The notes beneath the pieces are model-generated. The model had not been told where the DNA came from. It did no database searches and saw only the letters and a program-made list of their open reading frames with translations. Positions 19,445 through 28,434 of a DNA stretch of 64,000 nt are shown in pieces. The stretch lies in contig CAMTVD010000013.1 of NCBI GenBank assembly GCA_947085095.1, forward strand, positions 1-64,000, written 5' to 3'. Numbering within the stretch: the stretch's first letter is position 1; every line of letters begins with the position of its first letter. A program made the position numbers and the translations under genes. The DNA comes from an uncultured Thermus sp. (GTDB lineage Bacteria > Deinococcota > Deinococci > Deinococcales > Thermaceae).

Positions 19445-21480
19445 TCCGCCTTTTCCAGGCGCACCGCGCTCACCTTGTACTCGGGGATGCGGCTGATGGG
19501 GTCTAGGGCGTCCAGGGTGAGGCGGTTGGCCGGGGCCTCGGCGAAGTGGAAGGGGGCGTAGACCACCCCTTCGGGGGTGCGCTCGGTGACCCAGGCCCGG
19601 GCCCGGATCCGCCCCCGGCGGCTCACCACGTAGATGGGCTCCCCGTCGGCGATGCCAAGCCGCTCGGCGTCCTTTGGGTTCACCTCCACCCGCAGCTCCG
19701 GGTAGGCCCGTTCCAACCCGCTGTTGCGGCTTAGGGTCCCCCCGTGCCAGTGGTAGAGCACCCGGCCCGTGGACAGGGTGAGGGGGAAGTCCTGGGAGGG
19801 GGTCTCCGCAGGGGGAAGATAGAGGGCGGGGAAGAAGCGGGCCTTGCCCGAGGGGGTGTTGAAGCGCTCCCGGAAGAGGAGCGCCTCCCCGGGCTCATCC
19901 TCCCGGGGGCAGGGCCAGCGCACCCCCTCCTTCTCCAGGCGGGCGTAGCTGATCCCCCCCATCATCTCCGGGATGGCCCTCCGCACCTCCTCCCAGATGG
20001 CCTCGGGGCCGGGGTAGGTGGGCCAGGGGCGGGCGAGGGCCTTGGCCAGGCGCTGGCCCAGCTCCCCTGTGATCCACCAGTCGGGCCTGGCCTCCCCTGG
20101 GGGGTCCAGGAGCTTCCGCACCCTTTGCACCCGGCGGTCGGTGTTGGTGAAGGTGCCGTCCTTTTCCAGGAAGCTGGCGGCGGGCAGGACCACGTCGGCG
20201 AAGGGGGTGGTTTCGTTTTCCAGGATGTCCTGGACCACCAGGAAGGGGAGCTCCTCCAGCTTGGCCTTGAGGTGGTCCTGGTGGGGTTCGCTGGTGACCG
20301 GGTCTTCCCCGATCAGGTAGATGGCGGCCACCTCGGGGATGCTTTGAAAGACCTCGGTCATGCGCAGACCTGGCTCCCCAGGAAGGGGGACCCCCCAAAG
20401 CGCCTCGTAGCGCCTTCTTGCCGCCTCGTCCCCCACCTTGAGGTATCCGGGGAAGACATCGGGCAGGGCCCCCATGTCCCCGGCCCCCTGCACGTTGTTC
20501 TGGCCCCGCAAGGGGTTGAGGCCCGCCCCTTCCTTGCCCACCTTGCCCGTGAGGAGGGCCAGGTTCACCAGGGCCTGGGCGGTGGCCGTGCCCTTGGTGT
20601 GCTGGGTTACCCCCATGGCCCAGTAGGCCCCCGCCTTCGGGGTGGTGGCGTAGAGGCGGGCGGCCTCGGCGATCCGCTCTTTGGGGACGCCTGTGACCTC
20701 CTCGGCGGCCTCGAGGGTGTAGGGCTTCAGGCTTTCCGCCCACTCCTGGAACCCTTCGGTGCGCGCCTCCACGTAAGCCTGGTCCCAGAGCCCCTCCTCC
20801 AGCACCTGCCGGGCCATGGCGTTGAGGAGGAAGACGTCGGTGCCGGGGCGCACCCTTAGCCACAGGGTGGCGGCCTCGGCCATGCCCGTGTACCGGGGGT
20901 CCACCACGATCATCCTGGCCCCCTGCCGTACCCGTTTCTTGATCATGGCGGCGATGACAGGGTGGGTCTCCGTGGTGTTGGAGCCCACCACCAGGAAGAG
21001 GTCGGTCTTGCTGATGTCCTCGAGGGGGTTGGTCATGCTGGCCCCGCCCAGGGAGCGGGAGAGGGCGGCGGTGGAGGAGGAGTGGCAAAGCCTGGAGCAG
21101 TGGTCCACGTTGTGGGTGGAAAGGAGGACCCGGGCCAGCTTCTGGGCCAGGTAGACCTCCTCGTTGGTGGTCTTGGCGGAGGGGAAGACGGCCAGGGCCT
21201 GGGGGCCTTTCGTCTCCAAAATCTCCAGGAATTTCCTGGCCACCAGGTCCAGGGCCTCCTCCCAGGTGGCCCGGCGCAAGGGGCCACCCTTTTTCTCCCG
21301 CACCATGGGGTAGAGGAGGCGCTTGGCGGAGAAGGGGAAGTCCAGGCCGAAGCGCCCTTTGACGCAAAGGGCCCCGTGGTTGGGGGGCAGATCCGGGGCC
21401 AGGACCCGGACCACGCGGCCATGCCGGATCTCGGGCTCCACCTGGCAGCCCACACCGCAGTAGGGACAGGTGGTGCGCAT
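19441..21480 (-). CDS. Formate dehydrogenase catalytic (Mo/W-bisPGD) subunit, Cys-type
   Basis: TTCPYCGVGC, LCVKGRFG, VDHCSRLCH, PLRGQNNVQGAGDMG, EKDGTFTN.DRRVQ, PEYKVSAV. Confidence 0.9.
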   Translation of the reverse strand: MRTTCPYCGVGCQVEPEIRHGRVVRVLAPDLPPNHGALCVKGRFGLDFPFSAKRLLYPMVREKKGGPLRRATWEEALDLVARKFLEILETKGPQALAVFPSAKTTNEEVYLAQKLARVLLSTHNVDHCSRLCHSSSTAALSRSLGGASMTNPLEDISKTDLFLVVGSNTTETHPVIAAMIKKRVRQGARMIVVDPRYTGMAEAATLWLRVRPGTDVFLLNAMARQVLEEGLWDQAYVEARTEGFQEWAESLKPYTLEAAEEVTGVPKERIAEAARLYATTPKAGAYWAMGVTQHTKGTATAQALVNLALLTGKVGKEGAGLNPLRGQNNVQGAGDMGALPDVFPGYLKVGDEAARRRYEALWGVPLPGEPGLRMTEVFQSIPEVAAIYLIGEDPVTSEPHQDHLKAKLEELPFLVVQDILENETTPFADVVLPAASFLEKDGTFTNTDRRVQRVRKLLDPPGEARPDWWITGELGQRLAKALARPWPTYPGPEAIWEEVRRAIPEMMGGISYARLEKEGVRWPCPREDEPGEALLFRERFNTPSGKARFFPALYLPPAETPSQDFPLTLSTGRVLYHWHGGTLSRNSGLERAYPELRVEVNPKDAERLGIADGEPIYVVSRRGRIRARAWVTERTPEGVVYAPFHFAEAPANRLTLDALDPISRIPEYKVSAVRLEKAD

Positions 21481-22082
21481 CAGATCACCTCCAGGGCCAG
21501 GGGCCTGAGGGCCCCCGTGGGGCAGACCTGGACGCAGTTGCCGCAGAAGACGCAAGGGGTTTCGGGCAGGGGGCGGGCCAAGGGGGTGGTGGGGTGGGAG
21601 AGAAAACCTTTCCCCTCCATGGCGAGGGCGTAAACCCCCATGATCCCATCCCCACAGGCGTCCACGCAGCGGCGGCAGTTCACGCACTTGGCGTAGTCCC
21701 GGAGGAAGAAGGGGTTGTCCCGGAGGGGCTCCCTTCCCTGACGGCCGGGAACCGGGCCCCAGCGCTCCGGGTTAGCCCCCAGTTCCTTGCTCAGGGCCTG
21801 GAGTTCGGGGGCCAGGGACAGGTCGGTGGTGAGAAGGAGCCATTCCAAGAGAGTTTTGCGCAGGGCCCGAAGTTCCTCCGTTTTTGTGCGGATTTCCATG
21901 CCTTCCCTGGTCTCCGTGGCGCAGGCGGGGGCCAGGCGGCCGTCCACCTCCACCAGGCAGAGGCGGCAGAGGCCCCGGGTCTCCGTGTGGGGGTGGTGGC
22001 ACAGGGTGGGCACCGCCGCCACCTCCAGGAGAAGGGCTCCTTCCCGGGCCTCGAGTTCCACGCCGTCCACCTTAAGCCGCAC
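21480..22082 (-). CDS. Formate dehydrogenase iron-sulfur subunit (NuoG/FdsA N-terminus-like)
   Basis: PTLCHH, GLCRLCLVE, PAC, CVNCRRCVDAC, CVFCGNCVQVCPTGAL. Confidence 0.88.
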   Translation of the reverse strand: MRLKVDGVELEAREGALLLEVAAVPTLCHHPHTETRGLCRLCLVEVDGRLAPACATETREGMEIRTKTEELRALRKTLLEWLLLTTDLSLAPELQALSKELGANPERWGPVPGRQGREPLRDNPFFLRDYAKCVNCRRCVDACGDGIMGVYALAMEGKGFLSHPTTPLARPLPETPCVFCGNCVQVCPTGALRPLALEVI

Positions 22083-23544
22083 CTTCCACCTCCAAAAGGC
22101 TCTGGTAGGCCCAGTACGCGCTCTGACCCAGGCCGCAGAGACTTCCCCTTAGGGTCTGGGCCAGGTCGGCCACCAAGTCCCGGTTCCTTTCCCGCCTCTT
22201 GACCAGCTCCAGTTGCACCGTGGTTCCCAGGGGGCAGGGGAAGCACTTGCCGCAAGACTCCTCCTGGAAGAAGTGGGCCAGGCCCAGAAGGACCTCCCAA
22301 AGGTCCGCCTCCGGCCCAAAGGCCACGATGGCCCCCGCTCCCAGGGGAAGGCGCTCCTTGTAGCGGAGGGGAAACCCCCACTCCCGGGTGAAGACCCCCG
22401 CCGCCCCCCCCAATAGGACCGCCCTCAACCCCTCGGGCTCCCCGCCCGCCCGCCTCAGGGCCTCCGCCAAGGGGGTGCCCAGGGGGAGCTCGTAAAGGCC
22501 CGGCGCTGCCACGTCCCCGCTGATGGAGAAGAGTTTGGGCTCCTCGCTTCGCCAGCGCTCGGGGCCTTCCTCCAGGATCAGGGGGAGGTTGGCCAGGGTC
22601 TCCACGTTCTGCACCAGGGTGGGCCGGCCCCAAAGCCCCTTCTCCACGGGAAAGGGGGGCTTGAGCCGGGGCTCAGCCCGCTTCCCTTCCATGGACTCCA
22701 GCAGGGCTGTCTCCTCCCCGCAGATGTAAAGCCCTCCGCTTCGGAAAACCTCCGTGGGGATGAGCAAAAGCCCCGCCTCCCTCAGGGCCTCCACCGCCTT
22801 CTCCAGGCCCAGGATGGCGGCCTGGAACTCCTCCCGCACGTACAGGTAGACCTTGGCCGCCCCCACCGCCAAGCCCGCCAAGAGGGCCCCTTCCAGGAGC
22901 AAAAAGGGGTGGTGCTCCAGGAGGAAGCGGTCCTTGAAGTTGCCGGGCTCGGACTCGTCGGCGTTCACCACCAGGTACCTGGGGGCTTCCCCCCGGACCA
23001 CGGCCCGCATTTTGAGGTGGGTGGGGAAGGCGGCCCCTCCCCGGCCCAGAAGCCCCGCCTTCTCCACCGCCGCCATCACCCCTTCCGGGGTGAGGTGCCC
23101 CTTCTGCAAGGCAAAAAGCCCCTTCAGCCCCCCTAAGGCCCGGTAGGCCGGGAGTTCCAGGACGGGTTCCGGGGGGATGAGGCGCTTGCCGTGGGCTAAG
23201 GAGAAGGGCAGGCGGAACTCGGCGAAGGGAACGGGGCCACCCTCCACCTCCACGAAGCGCTCCCCGTTTTGGAAGCGCAGGTAGATGGGGGAGAGGGCCT
23301 CGAGGCCCAGAGGGGGGTAGGTGCCCTCCGCCTCCTGCCTCAGGCGGGCGAACCCCCGGGCCCGGGCCACGGGGTCGTCCACCAAAAGCCTTCCCTGGGG
23401 CAGGCCCCGGTAGCGGGGGTAGTAGGCCACCACGCCAAAGGCCTGGGCCAGGGGAACCCCGGCCAGGCGGGCGGCCTCCGCCATCCTTTCCTCATCTAGG
23501 GGGAGGAGGCGGTCCAGGAGGGGGAGGAGGCTCGGTTTCTCCAT
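22072..23544 (-). CDS. Formate dehydrogenase FMN/NAD-binding (NuoF-like) subunit
   Basis: GRGGAAFPT, NADESEPG, YICGEETAL, ESCGKCFPC, SLCGLG. Confidence 0.9.
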   Translation of the reverse strand: MEKPSLLPLLDRLLPLDEERMAEAARLAGVPLAQAFGVVAYYPRYRGLPQGRLLVDDPVARARGFARLRQEAEGTYPPLGLEALSPIYLRFQNGERFVEVEGGPVPFAEFRLPFSLAHGKRLIPPEPVLELPAYRALGGLKGLFALQKGHLTPEGVMAAVEKAGLLGRGGAAFPTHLKMRAVVRGEAPRYLVVNADESEPGNFKDRFLLEHHPFLLLEGALLAGLAVGAAKVYLYVREEFQAAILGLEKAVEALREAGLLLIPTEVFRSGGLYICGEETALLESMEGKRAEPRLKPPFPVEKGLWGRPTLVQNVETLANLPLILEEGPERWRSEEPKLFSISGDVAAPGLYELPLGTPLAEALRRAGGEPEGLRAVLLGGAAGVFTREWGFPLRYKERLPLGAGAIVAFGPEADLWEVLLGLAHFFQEESCGKCFPCPLGTTVQLELVKRRERNRDLVADLAQTLRGSLCGLGQSAYWAYQSLLEVEGAA

Positions 23545-23650
23545 GTCCCTAGCTTAAAGGAGCCCGGGCCCCAGCCCCCAAGGGCAAAACTCCCTGCCTG
23601 GGAGTCCTTCCTTGCCCTGGCCCGATGGCCAGAGGCATCGGGAACCCAGC

Positions 23651-24694
23651 CTAGAGCAGGCGCAGTTGGGGGAAACGGGCCTGCAGAATTTCCTGGAAGG
23701 CCTGGTAGCGGGGGGCCTCCACCAGGGCCACCACCGCCCCGCCGAAGCCCGCTCCGGTGAGCTTGGCCCCCAGGGCCCCGGCCTTCAGGGCCGCCTCCAC
23801 CAGTTCGTCCAGCACGGGGAGACTTACCTCGTAGTCCTGGGCGAGGGAGCGGTGGCTTTGGGTCATGAGCTCGCCGAAGGCCTGGGCATCCCCGCGCCTG
23901 AGGGCTTCCACCCCCTTGAGCACCCGCAGGTTCTCGCCCACGATGTGCCGGGCCCGCCGGTCCAAGGGGGCGGGGAGGCTTTCCACCAGGCAGAGGTCGC
24001 TGACGTCCCGCAGGGCCTGGACGCGGAGGAGCCTAGCCGCCTCCTCGGCCTCCTGGCGGCGCTGGTTGTAGCCGGCTTCGGCCAGGCGGCGCTCTAGCCC
24101 CAGGTCCAAGACGGCCACCCGGGTCCCGGGGGGAAGGGGAAGGTTTTCGTGGGCCAGGGTGCGGGTGTCCAGGAAGAGGGCCTTGCCTACCTCGCCCACG
24201 CTGGCCGCCATCTGGTCCATGATGCCGCAACGCACGCCCACGTATTCCACCTCGGCCCTCTGGCCCAAAAGGGCCAGGTCCACGTCAGAGAGGGGCAGGC
24301 GGTAGAGGGCCCTCAGGGCCCTGAGGCTGGCCACCTCGAGGGCCGCGGAGCTGGAAAGCCCCGCTCCCATGGGGAGGTTGCCGCGGACGTAAAACCGGGC
24401 CCCGGGAACCCGGTGCCCCGCCTCCCTCAGCGCCCACACCACCCCCATGAGGTAGTCCAGAAAGTCCCCTTGGGGCGGGCTGGGGAGGGGCCTGGCCCGA
24501 AGCTCCCTCAGGGTTTCGCTGTAGGCCTCCACCCGGCCTTCCGCCCTGGCCGCCTCCACCTGGATGTGGTAGGGGACCGGGGTGGGAAGGACGTACCCCT
24601 CCTGGTAGTCCGTGTGCTCGCCCAAGAGGTTCACCCGGCCCGGGGCCTGGGCGCTGGCCTCGGGCAGGGTGCCGAAGATCTCCTTGAAGCCCAT
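23651..24694 (-). CDS. galK: Galactokinase
   Basis: APGRVNLLGEHTDY, PMGAGLSSSAA, CGIMDQ, TGAGFGG. Confidence 0.95.
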   Translation of the reverse strand: MGFKEIFGTLPEASAQAPGRVNLLGEHTDYQEGYVLPTPVPYHIQVEAARAEGRVEAYSETLRELRARPLPSPPQGDFLDYLMGVVWALREAGHRVPGARFYVRGNLPMGAGLSSSAALEVASLRALRALYRLPLSDVDLALLGQRAEVEYVGVRCGIMDQMAASVGEVGKALFLDTRTLAHENLPLPPGTRVAVLDLGLERRLAEAGYNQRRQEAEEAARLLRVQALRDVSDLCLVESLPAPLDRRARHIVGENLRVLKGVEALRRGDAQAFGELMTQSHRSLAQDYEVSLPVLDELVEAALKAGALGAKLTGAGFGGAVVALVEAPRYQAFQEILQARFPQLRLL

Positions 24695-24701
24695 GCCCCC
24701 A

Positions 24702-25556
24702 TTATGGGCAAAGGGCCTTCCGGTTGTGGTCCAGGAGGTCCAGGTAGCTCTTCACCCTGTCATCCAAGGTGTCCGTGTAGAGGACGGCCACCCTGGCCCC
24801 GATGGCCTCTGCCAGGGTGCGGATGGCCCTCCCCTGGAACTGGGGCTCGGCCAGGACCAGCTTGACCCCCTCCCTCTTGGCCTTTTCCACCAGGGCGAGG
24901 AAGCTTTTACTTCCCACTTCCTGGGCCCCCCCGTGGCTCAGGACGCCCACCACCACCAGGCCGTACCGCCGGGCGAAGTAGCGGAAGGCATCGTGCTGGG
25001 CCACCACCTTGACCCCCTTGAGGCGGCAAGACCTGAAGGCCTGGTCCCGCTTCCCCACCTCTTCCCGGAAGCGTTGGAGGCCCGCCTGGTACTGGGCCTT
25101 GCCCGCGGGGTCCAGGGCGGAGAGTTCCTTGGCGATGGTCTCGGCGTAGGCCAAGGCGTAGGTGGGGTCCAGCCAGAGGTGGGGGTCGCAGGGCCCGTGG
25201 GCGTGGTCCTCTTTCTCCCCGGGGTGGGCTTCCTCCTCGCAGATCAGGCCCTTTCGCCCCTCGGCCAGGAGGACGACTTTGGCCCCTTTGGGCAGAAGGG
25301 TTTTCAGCCTGGGGAGGAAGGGCTCGAGGCCAAGCCCGTTGGCGAAGAGGAGCCCGGTCTGGGAGAGGGCCTTGGCCAGCGAGGGACTGGGTTCAAAGGT
25401 GTGGGGGTCGGCCCCCGGGGGAACCACCGCCACCACCTGGACCCGGCCTCCCCCCACCTGGCCCACCAGGTCCGCCAGGATGGGGGTGGTGGCCGCCACC
25501 CGGACCTGGGCCAGGGCGGGGGCGAAGAGGAGGAAAAGAACCAGGGCGCGCCTCAT
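24702..25556 (-). CDS. Metal (Zn/Mn) ABC transporter substrate-binding protein
   Basis: Signal peptide, DPHTFEP, NGLGLE, His-rich loop, DPHLWLDP, HDAFRYF. Confidence 0.9.
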   Translation of the reverse strand: MRRALVLFLLFAPALAQVRVAATTPILADLVGQVGGGRVQVVAVVPPGADPHTFEPSPSLAKALSQTGLLFANGLGLEPFLPRLKTLLPKGAKVVLLAEGRKGLICEEEAHPGEKEDHAHGPCDPHLWLDPTYALAYAETIAKELSALDPAGKAQYQAGLQRFREEVGKRDQAFRSCRLKGVKVVAQHDAFRYFARRYGLVVVGVLSHGGAQEVGSKSFLALVEKAKREGVKLVLAEPQFQGRAIRTLAEAIGARVAVLYTDTLDDRVKSYLDLLDHNRKALCP

Positions 25557-25562
25557 GCTGGT

Positions 25563-25592
25563 GATGATAACGCATTATCACCTTATGGGCAA
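25563..25592 (-). promoter_or_regulatory. Promoter with Fur/Zur-type palindromic operator
   Basis: TTGCCC-17 nt-TATCAT-7 nt-ATG; palindrome TGATAA-CGCA-TTATCA at 25565-25580 covers the -10. Confidence 0.7.
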
Positions 25593-25620
25593 GGGGGTTC
25601 CTGGGTATAATCCCCTCAGA

Positions 25621-26937
25621 ATGGACCTCAAAGCTCTGCACAAGCGGCATGTCCTCACCCCTTGGCTTCCGCAAAAGCCTTTGGACCCGCCCCTCGTCGT
25701 CCGCGGGGAGGGGGTTTGGCTTTACGACGCCGAGGGCAAGCGCTACCTGGACTTCTCCGCGGGCCTGGTGGCGGTGAACCTGGGCCACGCTCACCCCAGG
25801 ATGGTCCGGGCCCTTGCCGAGCAGGCCGTCACCTTGGCCTACGCTGCCCCGAGCCTCTTCCACGACAAGCGGGCCCTTTTGGGCAAGGCCCTCTCGGACC
25901 TAGCCCCCTGGCCGGAGGGGGCCCGGGTCTTCTTCACCCCCTCCGGCACCGAGGCCAACGAGGACGCCATCAAGTTCGTCCGCCACCTCACGGGGCGCTT
26001 CAAGGTCCTGGCCGCCTACCGCTCCTTCCACGGGGCCACCCACGGCGCCGCCGCTCTTACCGGGGAGAACCGAAGGTGGCCCGCCGAGCCCGCCATCCCC
26101 GGGGTGGTCCACTTCTTCGCTCCCTACCCCTACCGGAGTCCCTTCTACACCGAGGAGCCGGAGGAGGAGACCAGGAGGGCCCTGGACCACCTGGAACGGG
26201 TCCTCCTCCACGAGGACCCCAGGCGGGTGGCCGCCATCTTCCTGGAGCCGGTGGTGGGCTCCAACGGGGTCATCGTCTACCCCGAGGGGTATCTGGAGGG
26301 GGTTAGGCGCATCTGTGACCGGCACGGGATTCTCCTGGTCTTTGACGAGGTGATGACGGGGTTTGGCCGGCTGGGGGCGGCCTTTGCCGCGGGGCGGTTT
26401 GGGGTGGTCCCCGACCTCATCACCTTTGCCAAGGGGGTGACCTCGGCCTACGTGCCCCTGGGCGGGGTCCTGGTGCGGGAGGGGCTGGCCCAGGCCTTTG
26501 AGGAAACCCCCTTGCCCACGGGGCACACCTACGCCGGGCACCCCCTGGCGGTGGCCGCGGGCCTGGCGGCCCTCGAGGCCTACCGGGAGGAGGGGGTCTT
26601 TGAGCGGGTCAGGCGGCTAGAGCCCTTCTTCCGGGAGGCCCTGAGGTCCCTCCTGGACCACCCCTGGGTGGGGGAGGTGCGGGGGTTAGGGGCCTTCTTT
26701 GGGGTGGAGCTGGTGCGGGACCGGGAGACCAAGGAACCCCTCTCCCCCTGGCACGCCCCCTTTAGCCCCCCCATGCAGGCCCTCCTGAAGGCCCTCTTCC
26801 AGGAAGGGGTTTACCTCCTGGCCAAGCACAACCTCCTCGTGGTGGCCCCGCCCCTCACCATCCGCGAGGAGGAGTTCCTGGAGGGGGTGGAGCGGCTCTC
26901 CCGCGCCCTAAGGCGGGTGGAGGTGGAGGTCAGCTGA
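25621..26937 (+). CDS. Class III (omega-amine) aminotransferase
   Basis: YLDFSAGL, SGTEANE, SFHGAT, FDEVMTGFGR, FAKG, GHTY; TATAAT 9 nt before ATG. Confidence 0.92.
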   Translation: MDLKALHKRHVLTPWLPQKPLDPPLVVRGEGVWLYDAEGKRYLDFSAGLVAVNLGHAHPRMVRALAEQAVTLAYAAPSLFHDKRALLGKALSDLAPWPEGARVFFTPSGTEANEDAIKFVRHLTGRFKVLAAYRSFHGATHGAAALTGENRRWPAEPAIPGVVHFFAPYPYRSPFYTEEPEEETRRALDHLERVLLHEDPRRVAAIFLEPVVGSNGVIVYPEGYLEGVRRICDRHGILLVFDEVMTGFGRLGAAFAAGRFGVVPDLITFAKGVTSAYVPLGGVLVREGLAQAFEETPLPTGHTYAGHPLAVAAGLAALEAYREEGVFERVRRLEPFFREALRSLLDHPWVGEVRGLGAFFGVELVRDRETKEPLSPWHAPFSPPMQALLKALFQEGVYLLAKHNLLVVAPPLTIREEEFLEGVERLSRALRRVEVEVS

Positions 26938-26977
26938 GCCCGGGCCTTGCCCTCGTTCCCCCGCGGCTGGAGGGCTG

Positions 26978-28363
26978 ATGTCGGGCATCCCCCTCATCCA
27001 GCTGTTGGCGCTTCCCGCGCTCTCCCAGGCCCGCCTTTTGGCGGGGGACCCCTCGAGGCCCGTGACCTGGGTCCACGTGGTGGACCTCCCCGAGCCCGCT
27101 CCCTGGGTGCGCCGGGGGCAGCTCCTCCTCTCCACCGGCTACGCCTGGCCCCGGGAGGAGGGGGCTTTGCGGCGCTTCGCCGAGGGCCTGGCGGCGGCGG
27201 AGCCCGCTGGGGTGGCTTTGGCCGTGCCCCAGTTTTTTGAACGCTTCCCCGAGCCCGCCCTCGAGGTCCTGGCGGCGGCGGGGGTGGCCGCCTTGGAGCT
27301 CCCCTGGGAGGTGCCCTTTGCCCAGGTCACCGAGGAGGTGCTAAAACGGCTTCTCGCCCGGCAGCTGGAGGTGCAGGAGAGGGTCCAGACCCTGCACCGG
27401 GCCCTCATGGCCGCCCTTTTGGATCGGGAGGACCTGGCCTCCTTCCTGGCCCACCTTTCCCGCCTCATGGGCCGGGAGGTGCGGTGGACGGAGCTTCCCG
27501 GTGAGGGGCTGGCGGTGCCCGTGCCCCTGGGCCGGGAGCGGGGTGGGTACCTGGTCCTGGAGGGACCGGTGGAGGAGGTGGAGGCCCGGGCCCTGGAGAA
27601 CGCCGCCCTGGTGGCCGGGCTCATCCTGGCCCACCAGCGGGCCCTGGCCGAGCGGGAGGCCCGGCTGGGCTACGCTTTTCTGGACGCCCTTCTGGAGGGG
27701 GGGCGGGAGGCCCTGACCCCGGAGCGGGCCAGGGCCTTTGGCCTGGACCTGGGGCGGCGCTACCGCCTGGGGGTGGTCCTGCTTCCCCTGAGCCTTCCCC
27801 TCTCGGAGCGGGCCTTCCAGGAGCGGGAGCGGGCCTTGGGAGAGGTGCGGAACCTCCTCAGGGCCAAGGGGGTGGGGGGCGTGGTCTCGGTGAACCTGAA
27901 CCAGGTGCGTTTTCTCCTGCCCGAGGAGCTGGACCCCGGGGCCTTTTTCCGCGCCTTGGCCAAGCCCTGGCCCTGCTACTTCTCCCGGCCTTACGCCCCC
28001 CTGGAGCTGGCCAGGGCCCTGGAGGAGGTGGAGAGGCTCTTTATCTTCCCCGACCCCGGGGTCTACCGGTACGAGGCCCATCTCGTTCCCCGCTTTCTCC
28101 TGGGGGACCTCGAGGCCCGGCGGGAGCTCCTGGGCATGCTGGAACCCCTCCGCCCTGGCGAGCGTCAGGCCCTTTTGGCCTGGGTGCGGGCCGGTTTTCG
28201 CTTTCAGGAGGCGGCGAAGGCTCTGGGGGTCCACCTGAACACCCTGCGTTACCGCCTCGTCCGCCTGGAGGAAAAGCTTGGGGTTTCCCTAAGGGATCCT
28301 GAGGAGCGCTTTCTGCTGGAGCTGGCGGCCCGCATTTGGTTAATAGAGCACAAAAACACCTGA
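26978..28363 (+). CDS. PucR-family transcriptional regulator
   Basis: N-terminal VTWVHVVDLP/LLLSTG PucR domain; C-terminal AAKALGVHLNTLRYRL HTH. Confidence 0.9.
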   Translation: MSGIPLIQLLALPALSQARLLAGDPSRPVTWVHVVDLPEPAPWVRRGQLLLSTGYAWPREEGALRRFAEGLAAAEPAGVALAVPQFFERFPEPALEVLAAAGVAALELPWEVPFAQVTEEVLKRLLARQLEVQERVQTLHRALMAALLDREDLASFLAHLSRLMGREVRWTELPGEGLAVPVPLGRERGGYLVLEGPVEEVEARALENAALVAGLILAHQRALAEREARLGYAFLDALLEGGREALTPERARAFGLDLGRRYRLGVVLLPLSLPLSERAFQERERALGEVRNLLRAKGVGGVVSVNLNQVRFLLPEELDPGAFFRALAKPWPCYFSRPYAPLELARALEEVERLFIFPDPGVYRYEAHLVPRFLLGDLEARRELLGMLEPLRPGERQALLAWVRAGFRFQEAAKALGVHLNTLRYRLVRLEEKLGVSLRDPEERFLLELAARIWLIEHKNT

Positions 28364-28414
28364 GCCTTTTTGTGGGCTGAAACCATTGCCGGGCCTGGCT
28401 TGGTGGCCTATCCT
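28349..28414 (+). promoter_or_regulatory. Promoter of the gabT-led operon with upstream inverted repeat (candidate PucR-family activator site)
   Basis: CACAAAAA-N10-TTTTTGTG (28349-28374) then TTGCCG-17 nt-TATCCT and AAAGGAGG RBS. Confidence 0.6.
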
Positions 28415-28434
28415 TTCGCCTCAAAGGAGGCAAG

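Noticed and set aside
19441..21480. Possible selenocysteine formate dehydrogenase
   Set aside because: The active-site position is Cys (RLCH) with no in-frame TGA.
21480..23544. Respiratory complex I (nuo/nqo) fragment
   Set aside because: No membrane subunits; coupled directly to an FDH catalytic gene.
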